From assembly GCA_041242255.1 (NCBI GenBank), contig JBESAV010000001.1, forward strand, positions 1 to 64,000: DNA of 64,000 nucleotides, written 5' to 3'. This document shows positions 26,898-36,137 of this stretch, one piece after another (the first letter of the stretch is position 1; every line of letters begins with the position of its first letter). Both the position numbers and the translations under genes were made by a program. This DNA comes from Candidatus Altimarinota bacterium (GTDB lineage Bacteria; Patescibacteriota; Gracilibacteria; UBA1369; GCA-2718715). The notes beneath the pieces are model-generated. The model did no database searches. It was not told the origin of the DNA and saw only the letters and a list, made by a program, of their open reading frames with translations.

Positions 26898-27680
26898 ATG
26901 ACAACTCAAGACCTACAATCTATCCAAAACTACCTTCTCCCAAAAGTAAAACAACTTGGACAATACGCCATCCAAGAACAATCCCTTATCAAAGGAAACA
27001 TCAAACAAGATGGCTCACTTGTAACCAAAGTCGACAAACACATTGAACTAGAACTCACAAACCACATCCTCCAAAAATACCCGAATAGCCAATTCATCAA
27101 TGAAGAAGGAACCAAAAACCCAAACCACACCCCAAACCCCGAACTAACATGGATCATTGATCCAATCGACGGAACCAGAAACTACGTCCACCAACTCCCA
27201 ATCTTCTGCATCTCCATCGCCCTTGCAGTAGAATCAGATCTTAAACTAGCTATAATCCACATCCCAACCACCCAAGAAACATATACAGCTATCAAAGGCC
27301 AAGGGTCATTCCTAAACAAGAAACCAATCCAAGTCACCAAAGATCCAAGCCCACTTAAACCAATCTGCTTCGATCAATCTTACCTAAAACCAAACAATCC
27401 TTACCTCAAACAAATCATCAATCAAATCCCAAACCCAAAACGCATAACTGGATCTGCCTGCTTCAACCTTTGTCTTGTTGCCAAAGGAGCTGCTATTGCA
27501 GCAAACCACAACAATACCAAAATCTGGGACCTAGCCGCGGGTAAACTCCTCATTGAAGAAGCAGGTGGAAAAGTAACCTATACCAACGGCGCCCCAATCA
27601 ACATACACCAAATAGCAACCTCCTTTATCGCTACAAACAACTCCCAAAATCACAACACACTCCAACAAATCCTAAACTAA
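26898..27680 (+). CDS. Inositol monophosphatase family protein (SuhB-like)
   Basis: LVTKVD, NEE, WIIDPIDGTRNY, GSA, WDLAAGKLLIEEAGG; start placed at ATG 26898. Confidence 0.92.
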   Translation: MTTQDLQSIQNYLLPKVKQLGQYAIQEQSLIKGNIKQDGSLVTKVDKHIELELTNHILQKYPNSQFINEEGTKNPNHTPNPELTWIIDPIDGTRNYVHQLPIFCISIALAVESDLKLAIIHIPTTQETYTAIKGQGSFLNKKPIQVTKDPSPLKPICFDQSYLKPNNPYLKQIINQIPNPKRITGSACFNLCLVAKGAAIAANHNNTKIWDLAAGKLLIEEAGGKVTYTNGAPINIHQIATSFIATNNSQNHNTLQQILN

Positions 27681-27689
27681 TCAAACAGC

Positions 27690-27718
27690 TTGCATCAGCC
27701 AAAAACTTCTGATATCCT
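27690..27718 (+). promoter_or_regulatory. Putative sigma70 promoter of tRNA-Arg(GCG)
   Basis: TTGCAT-17 nt-TATCCT upstream of the tRNA. Confidence 0.5.
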
Positions 27719-27753
27719 CCTCACCGCTTACACATATCAAAGCACACAAAAGT

Positions 27754-27830
27754 GCACCCGTAGCTTAGCTGGATAGAGCGCTGCCTTGCGGAGGCAGAGG
27801 TCATAGGTTCGAATCCTATCGGGTGTACCA
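27754..27830 (+). tRNA. tRNA-Arg, anticodon GCG
   Basis: Cloverleaf: GCACCCG/CGGGTGT acceptor, CTGCC-TTGCGGA-GGCAG anticodon arm, GGTTCGAATCC T arm, encoded CCA. Confidence 0.96.
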
Positions 27831-27840
27831 TTTTAAACAT

Positions 27841-27874
27841 AAAAAGAGCCCACTGCACAAGGCAGTGAGCTTTA
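27841..27874. terminator. Intrinsic terminator between the tRNA and a convergent gene
   Basis: AAAAAGAGCCCACTGC-ACAAG-GCAGTGAGCTTT. Confidence 0.7.
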
Positions 27875-27896
27875 TCATTTATAGATCAAAGTAAAA

Positions 27897-28976
27897 TCAC
27901 TGAGCAACCTCAAGAATTGACAGCTCAATTGGAAGCTCGAAGTACAATAAGGATGTACCTGGATCAATTGATGTGTAAGCAACACTAGAAATAGTTACTT
28001 TACTCAATTCAGACGAATCCGTATTGATAGATACTTCCGCATATAACTCAATTTCTAAGTCTTGCGGTCCAACCACCAAACCATCAAACAAACCAGAGAG
28101 ATCAAAACAGACCTCACCATCCTGATTTATTTCAAGTGAACGAGAAACTCTATTTCCATTCGAGAATAAAGCTATACTGGTTACACCAATATTACTAAGC
28201 TCTAAAAGAAAACAGGTTTCAAGTATTGCTATATCTAAAGGTTCCCCAGTTTCCTGAGAAAGATTTGGAGATTCATCTTTGAAAAATGAAAAAACACCAA
28301 TTCTATTTATACCTTCAGTTACAGTTAAGTGCTTATTAGACCATGAACTAACTCCAAGGTTAACCAAGTAACCATGAAAGTTATCTTGGACAAATCTATC
28401 CAGAAGACAACCCTCACTTAAAGTTGGTTCAACCAAGTAGAAAACATGCTCTGGAAATTCCTTCCCTTCTAAACCAGGACCATAAATATGAGATACAATC
28501 TCATAAATATAATCTTTATTAACTGGTTTAGAATCCTCAAACATGAACCCGTAGACTCCTTCACCTCTATTCTCTAAATCGTAATTGACTCCATCAAAAT
28601 TAATAGATTCAATTCCCTTAGAAAAAAGTTCTGGATCTGAAGATCTAGAGAATTTCATTCCTTCCAACCTACAATTCTCATTCTCAGAAACCAAAGTCAT
28701 CAGTCGTGCTTCCGTAGCACCAAATACAACCGGTGCATAATCGTCTACAGAACCAAGCTTTTCATGTGAAAACTCAACTATAGAAAGTTGAGGAACACCA
28801 ATATCAGGCTCTTCAGGAATTCCAGGGTCATAGTCTCCAATGTCCGGCTCAGTCTCAATTACATCAGTCCTCAGAGGCTCATCCAACTCCCATGGAGTCA
28901 GATCCATCTCATCGCTCCCGCAGGAACAAAGGATCAGAAAGAACGAAAACATCACAACTTTCTTCAAAAGCTCCAT
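27897..28976 (-). CDS. Hypothetical lipoprotein with an acidic Pro-rich linker
   Basis: FFLILCSC lipobox, EPDIG repeated twice, GAGGAG SD 6 nt upstream. Confidence 0.8.
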   Translation of the reverse strand: MELLKKVVMFSFFLILCSCGSDEMDLTPWELDEPLRTDVIETEPDIGDYDPGIPEEPDIGVPQLSIVEFSHEKLGSVDDYAPVVFGATEARLMTLVSENENCRLEGMKFSRSSDPELFSKGIESINFDGVNYDLENRGEGVYGFMFEDSKPVNKDYIYEIVSHIYGPGLEGKEFPEHVFYLVEPTLSEGCLLDRFVQDNFHGYLVNLGVSSWSNKHLTVTEGINRIGVFSFFKDESPNLSQETGEPLDIAILETCFLLELSNIGVTSIALFSNGNRVSRSLEINQDGEVCFDLSGLFDGLVVGPQDLEIELYAEVSINTDSSELSKVTISSVAYTSIDPGTSLLYFELPIELSILEVAQ

Positions 28977-29060
28977 ATTTATCTCCTCGATTTTACTTTA
29001 CGATCTATAAATGAACACGCCACATTGCGTATCTATTCAGATCGCACTATGAACAATGAT

Positions 29061-29089
29061 ATTAAAGTAACAAACTTAAGAAATGTCAA
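29061..29089 (-). promoter_or_regulatory. Putative sigma70 promoter of the 27897-28976 gene
   Basis: TTGACA-17 nt-TTTAAT on the minus strand. Confidence 0.6.
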
Positions 29090-29228
29090 GGTTAACCTAC
29101 CCAAAAAACAACCTCTCATCATGTCTAGCTCATAAAAAATTAGATCATAAATTTTCAGACCATTTTCAGCTCTAAACTTAGGTGATTTCTTAAAATTTGA
29201 GTACTATTTTGGAACACCCCAGATTCCT

Positions 29229-29281
29229 TTGACCCACTATATCTTGTGTCATACAATCTCAACACACACAACATATTGTGT
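29229..29281 (+). promoter_or_regulatory. nrdBA promoter with tandem NrdR boxes
   Basis: TTGACC(29229)-17 nt-TACAAT(29252); CCACTATATCTTGTGT (29234-29249) and ACACAACATATTGTGT (29266-29281) match the NrdR-box consensus, 32 bp apart. Confidence 0.88.
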
Positions 29282-29343
29282 TAAACGACAAAAACGTCGC
29301 AACGCAAATTTACTCATTATATTATTTATAATCCCTACACAAA

Positions 29344-30615
29344 ATGATCACACAAATTCAAAAAAGGGACAATTCCATCAAGGATTTTGACCCACAAAAG
29401 ATCACAGATGCCATTGAAAAAGCTATGAGCGCTGTCGGAAATGGAGATAGACACAAAGCCTCAGGTATTACCAATAAAGTTGTAAAAGATCTTGAAGCTA
29501 TCAAACTTAAAGACCACGACTACATACCAAACGTTGAAAGTGTTCAAAACATAGTTGAAGAAGAACTTATGAAAAGTGAGTTCCACGATGTTGCCAAAGC
29601 CTACATTCTATATAGGGACCAACACGCAAGAGCCAGAAAAAGAGATATCTTCAAAAAAAGATTAAACCTCAAACCTTACGAATACCCAGAACTCTTAGAG
29701 TACGCAGATGCAATTCGTCACTCATACTGGATACATACCGAGTTCAACTTCACAGGTGATATTCACCACTTCAAAGTAATGCTCAACGATAAAGAACGCT
29801 CAGCTATCAAGAACACAATGCTAGCCATCTCTCAAATCGAGGTAGCTGTAAAAACTTTCTGGGGAGATCTATATCATAAGCTTCCAAAACCAGAAATTGG
29901 ATCAGTTGGTTCAACTTTCGCCGAAAGTGAAGTTAGACATCACGATGCTTACTCACATCTTATTGAAATACTAGGACTAAACGACGAATTTGAAAAAATC
30001 AAAGACATTCCAGCTCTGAAAGATAGAGTCGAATACCTTGAACAATCCCTAAAATACGCCAGAAGTGAAAACAATCAAGAATACTCTGAAGCAATCCTTC
30101 TGTTCTCATTATTTATCGAGCATGTATCTCTCTTCTCACAGTTCCTAATAATGATGTCATTCAACAAATACAAAAACGAACTTAAAGGTATCTCCAACGT
30201 TGTTGAAGCAACCTCCAAAGAGGAACAAATCCACGGTAATTTCGGAATCGCTTTAATCAACATAATCAAAGAGGAAAATCCACATTGGTTTGACGAAGAA
30301 CACAGCCAGATGGTTCAAGAGATGTGTCGCAAGGCATATGCTTCTGAAGAAAAAATCATCGATTGGATCTTCGAAGAAGGAGAACTCGAATTCTTACCAA
30401 AAGAAGTTGTTAAAAACTTCATCAAAGATAGATTTAACAGATCTCTCAAAAGCTTAGAAATTGAACCTGTTTTTGAAACAAACGCTGCTCAACTAAAAGA
30501 AACAGAATGGTTTGATGATGAAATTATCGTAACTAAACACAACGATTTCTTCGACAAACGACCGATCAACTACAACAAAAAAAGTAAAAGTATTACCAGC
30601 GACGATCTCTTCTAA
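29344..30615 (+). CDS. nrdB: Ribonucleotide reductase beta subunit with an N-terminal ATP cone (NrdBi / class Id-like)
   Basis: N-terminal IQKRD..IKDFDPQKI...VESVQNIVE..LM...VAKAYILYR ATP cone; ferritin-like IEVAVKTFW, ESEVRH.DAY, IEHVSLFSQF, EEQIH. Confidence 0.95.
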   Translation: MITQIQKRDNSIKDFDPQKITDAIEKAMSAVGNGDRHKASGITNKVVKDLEAIKLKDHDYIPNVESVQNIVEEELMKSEFHDVAKAYILYRDQHARARKRDIFKKRLNLKPYEYPELLEYADAIRHSYWIHTEFNFTGDIHHFKVMLNDKERSAIKNTMLAISQIEVAVKTFWGDLYHKLPKPEIGSVGSTFAESEVRHHDAYSHLIEILGLNDEFEKIKDIPALKDRVEYLEQSLKYARSENNQEYSEAILLFSLFIEHVSLFSQFLIMMSFNKYKNELKGISNVVEATSKEEQIHGNFGIALINIIKEENPHWFDEEHSQMVQEMCRKAYASEEKIIDWIFEEGELEFLPKEVVKNFIKDRFNRSLKSLEIEPVFETNAAQLKETEWFDDEIIVTKHNDFFDKRPINYNKKSKSITSDDLF

Positions 30616-30654
30616 ATCAAAAAACAAAACTAATAATTAACATAAAATTTACAA

Positions 30655-32325
30655 ATGCAATGGTTAACTGAATACAGCCGAAAATTCCTAGAAAGAGGAT
30701 ACCTCTCACCAGGAGTAACCCCTGAACAAAGAATCCGTAATATCGCCGAAAACGCCGAAAAAATAAACGGTATCGAAGGATTCGCCGATAAATTCTATGG
30801 GTACATGGAGCAAGGATTCTACTCACTTGCCTCCCCCGTTTGGTCAAACTTCGGAAAAGAAAGAGGACTTCCTATCAGTTGTTTCGGATCATACATCCAA
30901 GATGACATGGGAGACATCCTTTTCACTCAAGCTGAAGTAGGAATGATGTCTAAACTCGGAGGTGGAACCTCAGGTTACTTCGGGGCTTTAAGACACAGAG
31001 GAGCACCAATCAGCGACAATGGTCACTCTTCAGGAGCAGTTCACTTCATGCAACTTTTCGACAGAATGGTTGATGTAGTTAGCCAAGGATCAACAAGACG
31101 CGGACAATTCGCACCATACCTTCCAATCAGCCACCCAGACATAAAAGAATTCCTAGAAATCGGTACTGAAGGTAACCCAATTCAAAAACTGAAACACGGA
31201 GTAACAGTTAGTGACGAATGGCTTCAATCCATGATCGATGGAGATGAAGAAAAAAGAGCCACTTGGGCTCAACTCATCCAAATCAGAGGAGAAATCGGAT
31301 ACCCATACATTTTATTTGAAGACAACGTAAACAATAACACTGTAGACGTATACAAAGATCTAGATAGAAGAATCTGGGCCAGCAATCTATGTACAGAGAT
31401 CATGCTCCCAAGTAACAACGAAGAATCTTTCGTATGTTGCTTATCATCTATCAACCTACTCCACTACGACAAATGGAAAGACACAGATGCAGTTGAAACC
31501 CTTACTTACTTCTTAGACACAGTAATGTCAGAATTCATCCAAAAACTTGAAGTTTACAGAGATTCAGACCAAGAAGACGACAGAAAAACTTTCTTATTCA
31601 TGGAAAAAGCTTACAATTTTGCCAAAAGACATAGAGCGCTAGGAGTTGGAGTACTAGGATGGCACTCTTTCCTACAAGAAAACAATCTTACATTCGAGAG
31701 TCGCGAAGCTGCAAAACTTAACCACCAAATCTTCAAACTAGTTCAAGAAAGAACCTACAAAGCCTCTAAAGAAATGGCAGAAAAATTTGGTGAACCAGAA
31801 ATCCTAAAAGGATACGGAAGAAGAAACACAACAACTATGGCCGTTGCTCCAACCACATCTTCAGCCTTCATCCTAGGACAAGTTTCTCAAGGAATAGAAC
31901 CAATCTGGTCAAACTGCTACGTTAAAGACATCCAAAACATCAAAGTAACAGTCAAAAACCAACATTTAGTAAAACTCCTAGAAGAAAAAGGTAAGAACGA
32001 CGACGAAACATGGAGAAGCATCAAAGAAAGAGATGGATCAGTCCAACACTTAGACTTCCTTTCTCAAGAAGAAAAAGACGTTTTCAAAACTTACCCAGAA
32101 ATCGACCAAAGAGCCATCATCAACCAAGCCGGTGTAAGACAAGAATTCATCGACCAAGGTCAATCCCTCAACGTAATCATCCATCCAGACACACCAGCTA
32201 AAGAAATAAATCAGCTTTACCTAGACGCATGGAAACTTGGCGTAAAAAGCTTGTACTACCAACACAGTATGAATGCAGCCCAAATGCTTAATCAAAAACA
32301 AAACTGTGTAGCCTGCGAAGGATAA
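30655..32325 (+). CDS. nrdA: Ribonucleotide reductase alpha subunit (short, no ATP cone)
   Basis: GLPISCF, GGGTS, SNLCTEI, APTTSS, KSLYY, C-terminal CVACEG. Confidence 0.97.
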   Translation: MQWLTEYSRKFLERGYLSPGVTPEQRIRNIAENAEKINGIEGFADKFYGYMEQGFYSLASPVWSNFGKERGLPISCFGSYIQDDMGDILFTQAEVGMMSKLGGGTSGYFGALRHRGAPISDNGHSSGAVHFMQLFDRMVDVVSQGSTRRGQFAPYLPISHPDIKEFLEIGTEGNPIQKLKHGVTVSDEWLQSMIDGDEEKRATWAQLIQIRGEIGYPYILFEDNVNNNTVDVYKDLDRRIWASNLCTEIMLPSNNEESFVCCLSSINLLHYDKWKDTDAVETLTYFLDTVMSEFIQKLEVYRDSDQEDDRKTFLFMEKAYNFAKRHRALGVGVLGWHSFLQENNLTFESREAAKLNHQIFKLVQERTYKASKEMAEKFGEPEILKGYGRRNTTTMAVAPTTSSAFILGQVSQGIEPIWSNCYVKDIQNIKVTVKNQHLVKLLEEKGKNDDETWRSIKERDGSVQHLDFLSQEEKDVFKTYPEIDQRAIINQAGVRQEFIDQGQSLNVIIHPDTPAKEINQLYLDAWKLGVKSLYYQHSMNAAQMLNQKQNCVACEG

Positions 32326-32398
32326 TTTGTAAAACCAAAACCCTACATATCAAAGCAACCTCTTGTTAGGATAAATGTAAGTAATTAATAAACCAAAC

Positions 32399-32581
32399 AT
32401 GAAAGCCAAAAAAGCCATCCAAATGATTCTCTCTGCAGCAATAATCGCCCTCGGTATATACATGCTTGCTACAAACAGTTACCCAACTCCACCATTCCTA
32501 AGTGGTATTGGATTCCTGCTAACAGGTATTTTACTTTGGCTACCAAACTGCCCAATATGCAACGCCCTTTGCAAAAAGTAA
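32399..32581 (+). CDS. Small two-TM membrane protein with a C-terminal CPIC motif (possibly DUF2892-like)
   Basis: Two hydrophobic helices followed by NCPICNALC; followed by a terminator. Confidence 0.6.
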   Translation: MKAKKAIQMILSAAIIALGIYMLATNSYPTPPFLSGIGFLLTGILLWLPNCPICNALCKK

Positions 32582-32589
32582 GCAATCCT

Positions 32590-32619
32590 AAAGACCATTC
32601 CCTCAAGAGTGGTCTTTTT
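32590..32619 (+). terminator. Intrinsic terminator
   Basis: AAAGACCATTC-loop-GAGTGGTCTTTTT. Confidence 0.75.
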
Positions 32620-32675
32620 AATTGTTTACAAATTTGTCAACAAACACCATAATGTATCCCACTTAACCAAATAAA

Positions 32676-33380
32676 ATGCAAAAACTATTAGTAGTTGCTT
32701 CACTCTCAATCCTAGTACTTACAGGATGTGCAAACTCAGACAGTCCAGAAGAAACCCCAGACCAAAGTCAGACTGATTCACAAATGTCAGCAGAATTTGA
32801 CCCTAGCTCATTCTCAATAGCTGATTACTATGAATCAACAGCTATAACAGACGAAACTTTCAATATTGGACAATTATCAATTACCAATAATGGTGTAAAA
32901 ACTCATGACCTAGTCTCCGTAGCAGACAACCTCGCTTGCCAAACTTATCTAGAGAATGCCATGATGGTAGATCTTGAAATCACAAACAACTATGATCAAG
33001 CTATAACATATGGAATGATTTCAGATATTTGGGGGATCTCCGATGTTACTACTGATAAAACTATAGAATTCATGGAATCAGAAGACTTTGCCCAAGACGC
33101 AACAGTTTTATCTGACGAATTTTATGGAACTCTAGACCCATATTTGTTTCAAGGAGATTATCTAGGAACTTGTTTTGAACAACAAAACGATCGTTTCTCA
33201 GCTCAACCTGGAGAAACTGTAAATTACCCACTTTACTTCTCACTTCCAGACAGATGGACTGATGGAGCAGAAGATTGGTACTTAGCCTTAAATCCAAACA
33301 CATACTCTCTTCCAGCAGACCACCCAATCAAAGAGCTAGAACAACAAAGACAGTTAGCAATCATCAAGTTAGATATCTAA
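32676..33380 (+). CDS. Hypothetical lipoprotein
   Basis: SILVLTGC lipobox; acidic linker; QPGETV motif suggests a beta-sandwich domain. Confidence 0.8.
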   Translation: MQKLLVVASLSILVLTGCANSDSPEETPDQSQTDSQMSAEFDPSSFSIADYYESTAITDETFNIGQLSITNNGVKTHDLVSVADNLACQTYLENAMMVDLEITNNYDQAITYGMISDIWGISDVTTDKTIEFMESEDFAQDATVLSDEFYGTLDPYLFQGDYLGTCFEQQNDRFSAQPGETVNYPLYFSLPDRWTDGAEDWYLALNPNTYSLPADHPIKELEQQRQLAIIKLDI

Positions 33381-33394
33381 ATTATCTAATCAAC

Positions 33395-33428
33395 AAAAAA
33401 GACCACCTCTCAACGGATGGTCTTTTTT
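33395..33428. terminator. Bidirectional intrinsic terminator
   Basis: AAAAAAGACCA-loop-TGGTCTTTTTT between convergent genes. Confidence 0.8.
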
Positions 33429-33437
33429 AATACAAAT

Positions 33438-33980
33438 TTATCTTGAGATAACTCCACTCAAAACAGCAATAGCATTGAAATTATAATCAAACTTCAATAG
33501 ATCACCATCAACTAAAGCAAAAAATCTTTTATTACCAGCAAGATCACCTAAGAAATCTAATTCAATTACATCATACCCTACAAATTCAACGTAATTTGCA
33601 CCATAACCATTCTCATCTACCGCCTCAACTCCACCAAAGAGGTTATTTTCTAGTGCAGTAATAAGCTCATCTCTATCAACACTGATTAAATCATTTTCAA
33701 AGTCACCCTCAACAACATATCCAAATGTCTGCGACTGATCCCCAGACATAATAGGTCTCAAAGCCCCATCACTATCTCCAAGAGTTAGCTCATTCGTAGA
33801 ACAAATATCAAATGATAAACCATCCAAAGAATAAACCTCACCTATATTACAACCAATCTCCTCAGTCGTATTAGAGTCTTCCATGGAAGTATCCATATTA
33901 TCATTAACATTTCCTCCACATCCAGCTAGGAGCAAAGCGATCATTGTTAAACTGAAAAATTTTTTCATATTCTCAAACAT
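33438..33980 (-). CDS. Hypothetical lipoprotein
   Basis: MKKFFSLTMIALLLAGC lipobox (start may be the second Met). Confidence 0.8.
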   Translation of the reverse strand: MFENMKKFFSLTMIALLLAGCGGNVNDNMDTSMEDSNTTEEIGCNIGEVYSLDGLSFDICSTNELTLGDSDGALRPIMSGDQSQTFGYVVEGDFENDLISVDRDELITALENNLFGGVEAVDENGYGANYVEFVGYDVIELDFLGDLAGNKRFFALVDGDLLKFDYNFNAIAVLSGVISR

Positions 33981-34058
33981 TAAATAACACGTGCACTATA
34001 ACATATTTGTAAAAAAACACGTCTAAACTAAAATAGATATAGTCACTAAACAAAACTT

Positions 34059-35417
34059 ATGAAAAAGTTACTCCCACTTTCAATCATCACCTCCTTGATT
34101 ATCCCATCAATCGCATATGCAAATTTCCCCGATGTTCCTACAAATCACCCAAACCATACAGCCATAACATATCTAAAAGACCAACAAATCATTGACGGTA
34201 ACCCAGACGGAACTTTCAAACCTCAAAACACTTTAAACAGAGCTGAGCTCACCAAAATAGCTGTCCTTTCAGCAGACTTACCACTAGAGGAACCAAACAA
34301 TTGTTTTCCAGACGTACCCGACACAGAATGGTTCGCACCCTTTGTATGTACTGCTAAAGCCAACGGTATTGTAGCAGGTTACCCAGATGGAACCTTCCGC
34401 CCATCCAACCCTATCAACCGAGCCGAAGCTTTTAAAATAATCTCAGAGTCCCAAAACACGCCATATCAAAACGCCAGCCCACAAACCGCTCAAAACAATT
34501 ACTCAGACTATGACCAAAACCAGTGGTACAGCGGATACCTTAACTACTTATCTAACCAAAACTACCTACCCTTCAGCCTCAAAATTGAAGCTGATAAAGA
34601 ACTCCAAAGAAGAGAATTTTCAGAAATTTACTACCGCTTACTTTCAACCAACCAGTCCCCTTTCACACCAGAATTTCCAGATACAAATTATCAAATAGAA
34701 GGAGATCACACTGAAATTCTTCAAATGCTAGACCTCATCAACCAAGAAAGAACTTCAAGAGGGTTAGTTCCAGTCGAATACAGTAACGAACTAACCTACA
34801 TGGGAGAACTTCACTCAAAAGACATGCTAAACAGAAACTTTTTCTCACATGAAAATCCAGACGGTGAAAACATCGATACGCGAAGAAAGGATTTAGGAAT
34901 ACAAACTTTTGTCGGAGAAAACATCTCAAAAAACACATCAGTATCAGGATCCCACAATTCACTCATGCAAAGTCCTCCTCATAAAGCCAACATCCTTAAC
35001 CCAGACTGGAATAGACTTGGACTAGGAATTGTATCTCAAAACGGTATCTACTATGTCAGCCAAGAATTCTCACTTTATGAAGTAAACACCGAAAAACTTA
35101 TCAACCAAATAGTTCTCGAATCCAACACTTCACTAGAAATCAACAGTACTCTAATGTCAGCCGCTCAAAAATGGGCAACCATAATGGCAAACAACCAAAA
35201 CACAAGCCTTGAAATCATCGGTCAAAAACTACAAGACCTTCAAGAACTACAAGGCCTCAATGTATCAGCTGGAACAGGAAGTGCTTCCGTATCTGGAGAT
35301 CTAAGGAATCTAGTTGAACCTCAGCTTGAATTCCTACAAGAAAGCTATACTGAACTTGGATACGCCACAGCCAAAGACTCAACCGGACAAATATATTTCA
35401 TTCTGATCACAATCTAA
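34059..35417 (+). CDS. S-layer homology (SLH) + CAP/SCP domain protein
   Basis: Signal peptide; FPDV...GNPDGTFKP..LNRAE SLH repeats; INQER..RGL, HSKDM...FFSH, GENI, SPPHKANIL CAP motifs. Confidence 0.92.
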   Translation: MKKLLPLSIITSLIIPSIAYANFPDVPTNHPNHTAITYLKDQQIIDGNPDGTFKPQNTLNRAELTKIAVLSADLPLEEPNNCFPDVPDTEWFAPFVCTAKANGIVAGYPDGTFRPSNPINRAEAFKIISESQNTPYQNASPQTAQNNYSDYDQNQWYSGYLNYLSNQNYLPFSLKIEADKELQRREFSEIYYRLLSTNQSPFTPEFPDTNYQIEGDHTEILQMLDLINQERTSRGLVPVEYSNELTYMGELHSKDMLNRNFFSHENPDGENIDTRRKDLGIQTFVGENISKNTSVSGSHNSLMQSPPHKANILNPDWNRLGLGIVSQNGIYYVSQEFSLYEVNTEKLINQIVLESNTSLEINSTLMSAAQKWATIMANNQNTSLEIIGQKLQDLQELQGLNVSAGTGSASVSGDLRNLVEPQLEFLQESYTELGYATAKDSTGQIYFILITI

Positions 35418-35450
35418 GTTAATATATCTTTAAACTTTTAAAACAAAATT

Positions 35451-35912
35451 ATGAAAAACAAATTTCTACTCATAACACTATCAAGCTTACTACTATTTGG
35501 ATGTTCATCTCCAAGCATGGAAAAATCAGACTTATCAAACCCACCAACACCACCATCTGAACAAACAAGCTCAGATTCAAATGAAGATAATCTCATAAAA
35601 CCTGAATTAGAAGCTTTATACTCAAGTGCTGAACAAGTTATCTTAGCTGGACCTGAAACTGAAGTGACTGAAGATGAATTTTCACAAAGAGTTACAGCCT
35701 TAATCACAGAGTTAGAAACAACTCTCAAATCTGATAATTATACAGGTAATGAATTCCTTGATACACAATTAACAAACCTTTTAAACTCATCTCCTGAACG
35801 TCATGAAGGAATGGGACCAGAAAGTTACCAAGAGTATTACGAACTAGTAATGCCAACAGCTCAAAACATATTGAATTGGGAAGGTATGACAGACACCACC
35901 CCAGAACAATAA
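35451..35912 (+). CDS. Hypothetical lipoprotein
   Basis: MKNKFLLITLSSLLLFGC lipobox. Confidence 0.8.
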   Translation: MKNKFLLITLSSLLLFGCSSPSMEKSDLSNPPTPPSEQTSSDSNEDNLIKPELEALYSSAEQVILAGPETEVTEDEFSQRVTALITELETTLKSDNYTGNEFLDTQLTNLLNSSPERHEGMGPESYQEYYELVMPTAQNILNWEGMTDTTPEQ

Positions 35913-35920
35913 AGACTCAC

Positions 35921-35950
35921 AAAAAGCCACACCAACCAAGTGTGGCTTTT
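35921..35950 (+). terminator. Intrinsic terminator
   Basis: AAAAAGCCACAC-loop-GTGTGGCTTTT. Confidence 0.75.
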
Positions 35951-36002
35951 CTCTTGCCCAAAACTCTATCATCCCGTAATCTCAAACCACACAAAACCAT
36001 GT

Positions 36003-36078
36003 GCGCCTGTAGCTCAACTGGAAGAGCATCGGTCTTCGGAACCGAGGGTTGGGGGTTCGAACCCCTCCGGGCGTACCA
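36003..36078 (+). tRNA. tRNA-Arg, anticodon TCG
   Basis: GCGCCTG/CGGGCGT acceptor, TCGGT-CTTCGGA-ACCGA anticodon arm, GGTTCGAACCC T arm, encoded CCA. Confidence 0.96.
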
Positions 36079-36090
36079 TTTTCATAAAAC

Positions 36091-36115
36091 AAAAAAGCAC
36101 CCTAAGGTGCTTTTT
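36091..36115. terminator. Bidirectional intrinsic terminator
   Basis: AAAAAAGCACC-CTAA-GGTGCTTTTT. Confidence 0.85.
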
Positions 36116-36137
36116 ATAATCAATCTAAATCAAGTAA

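Noticed and set aside
28788-29135. 115-aa plus-strand ORF
   Set aside because: It overlaps the lipoprotein start, SD and promoter on the opposite strand and has no protein-like features
27831-29200. Integrative element at tRNA-Arg(GCG)
   Set aside because: No integrase and no duplicated tRNA 3' end (att site) were found by eye
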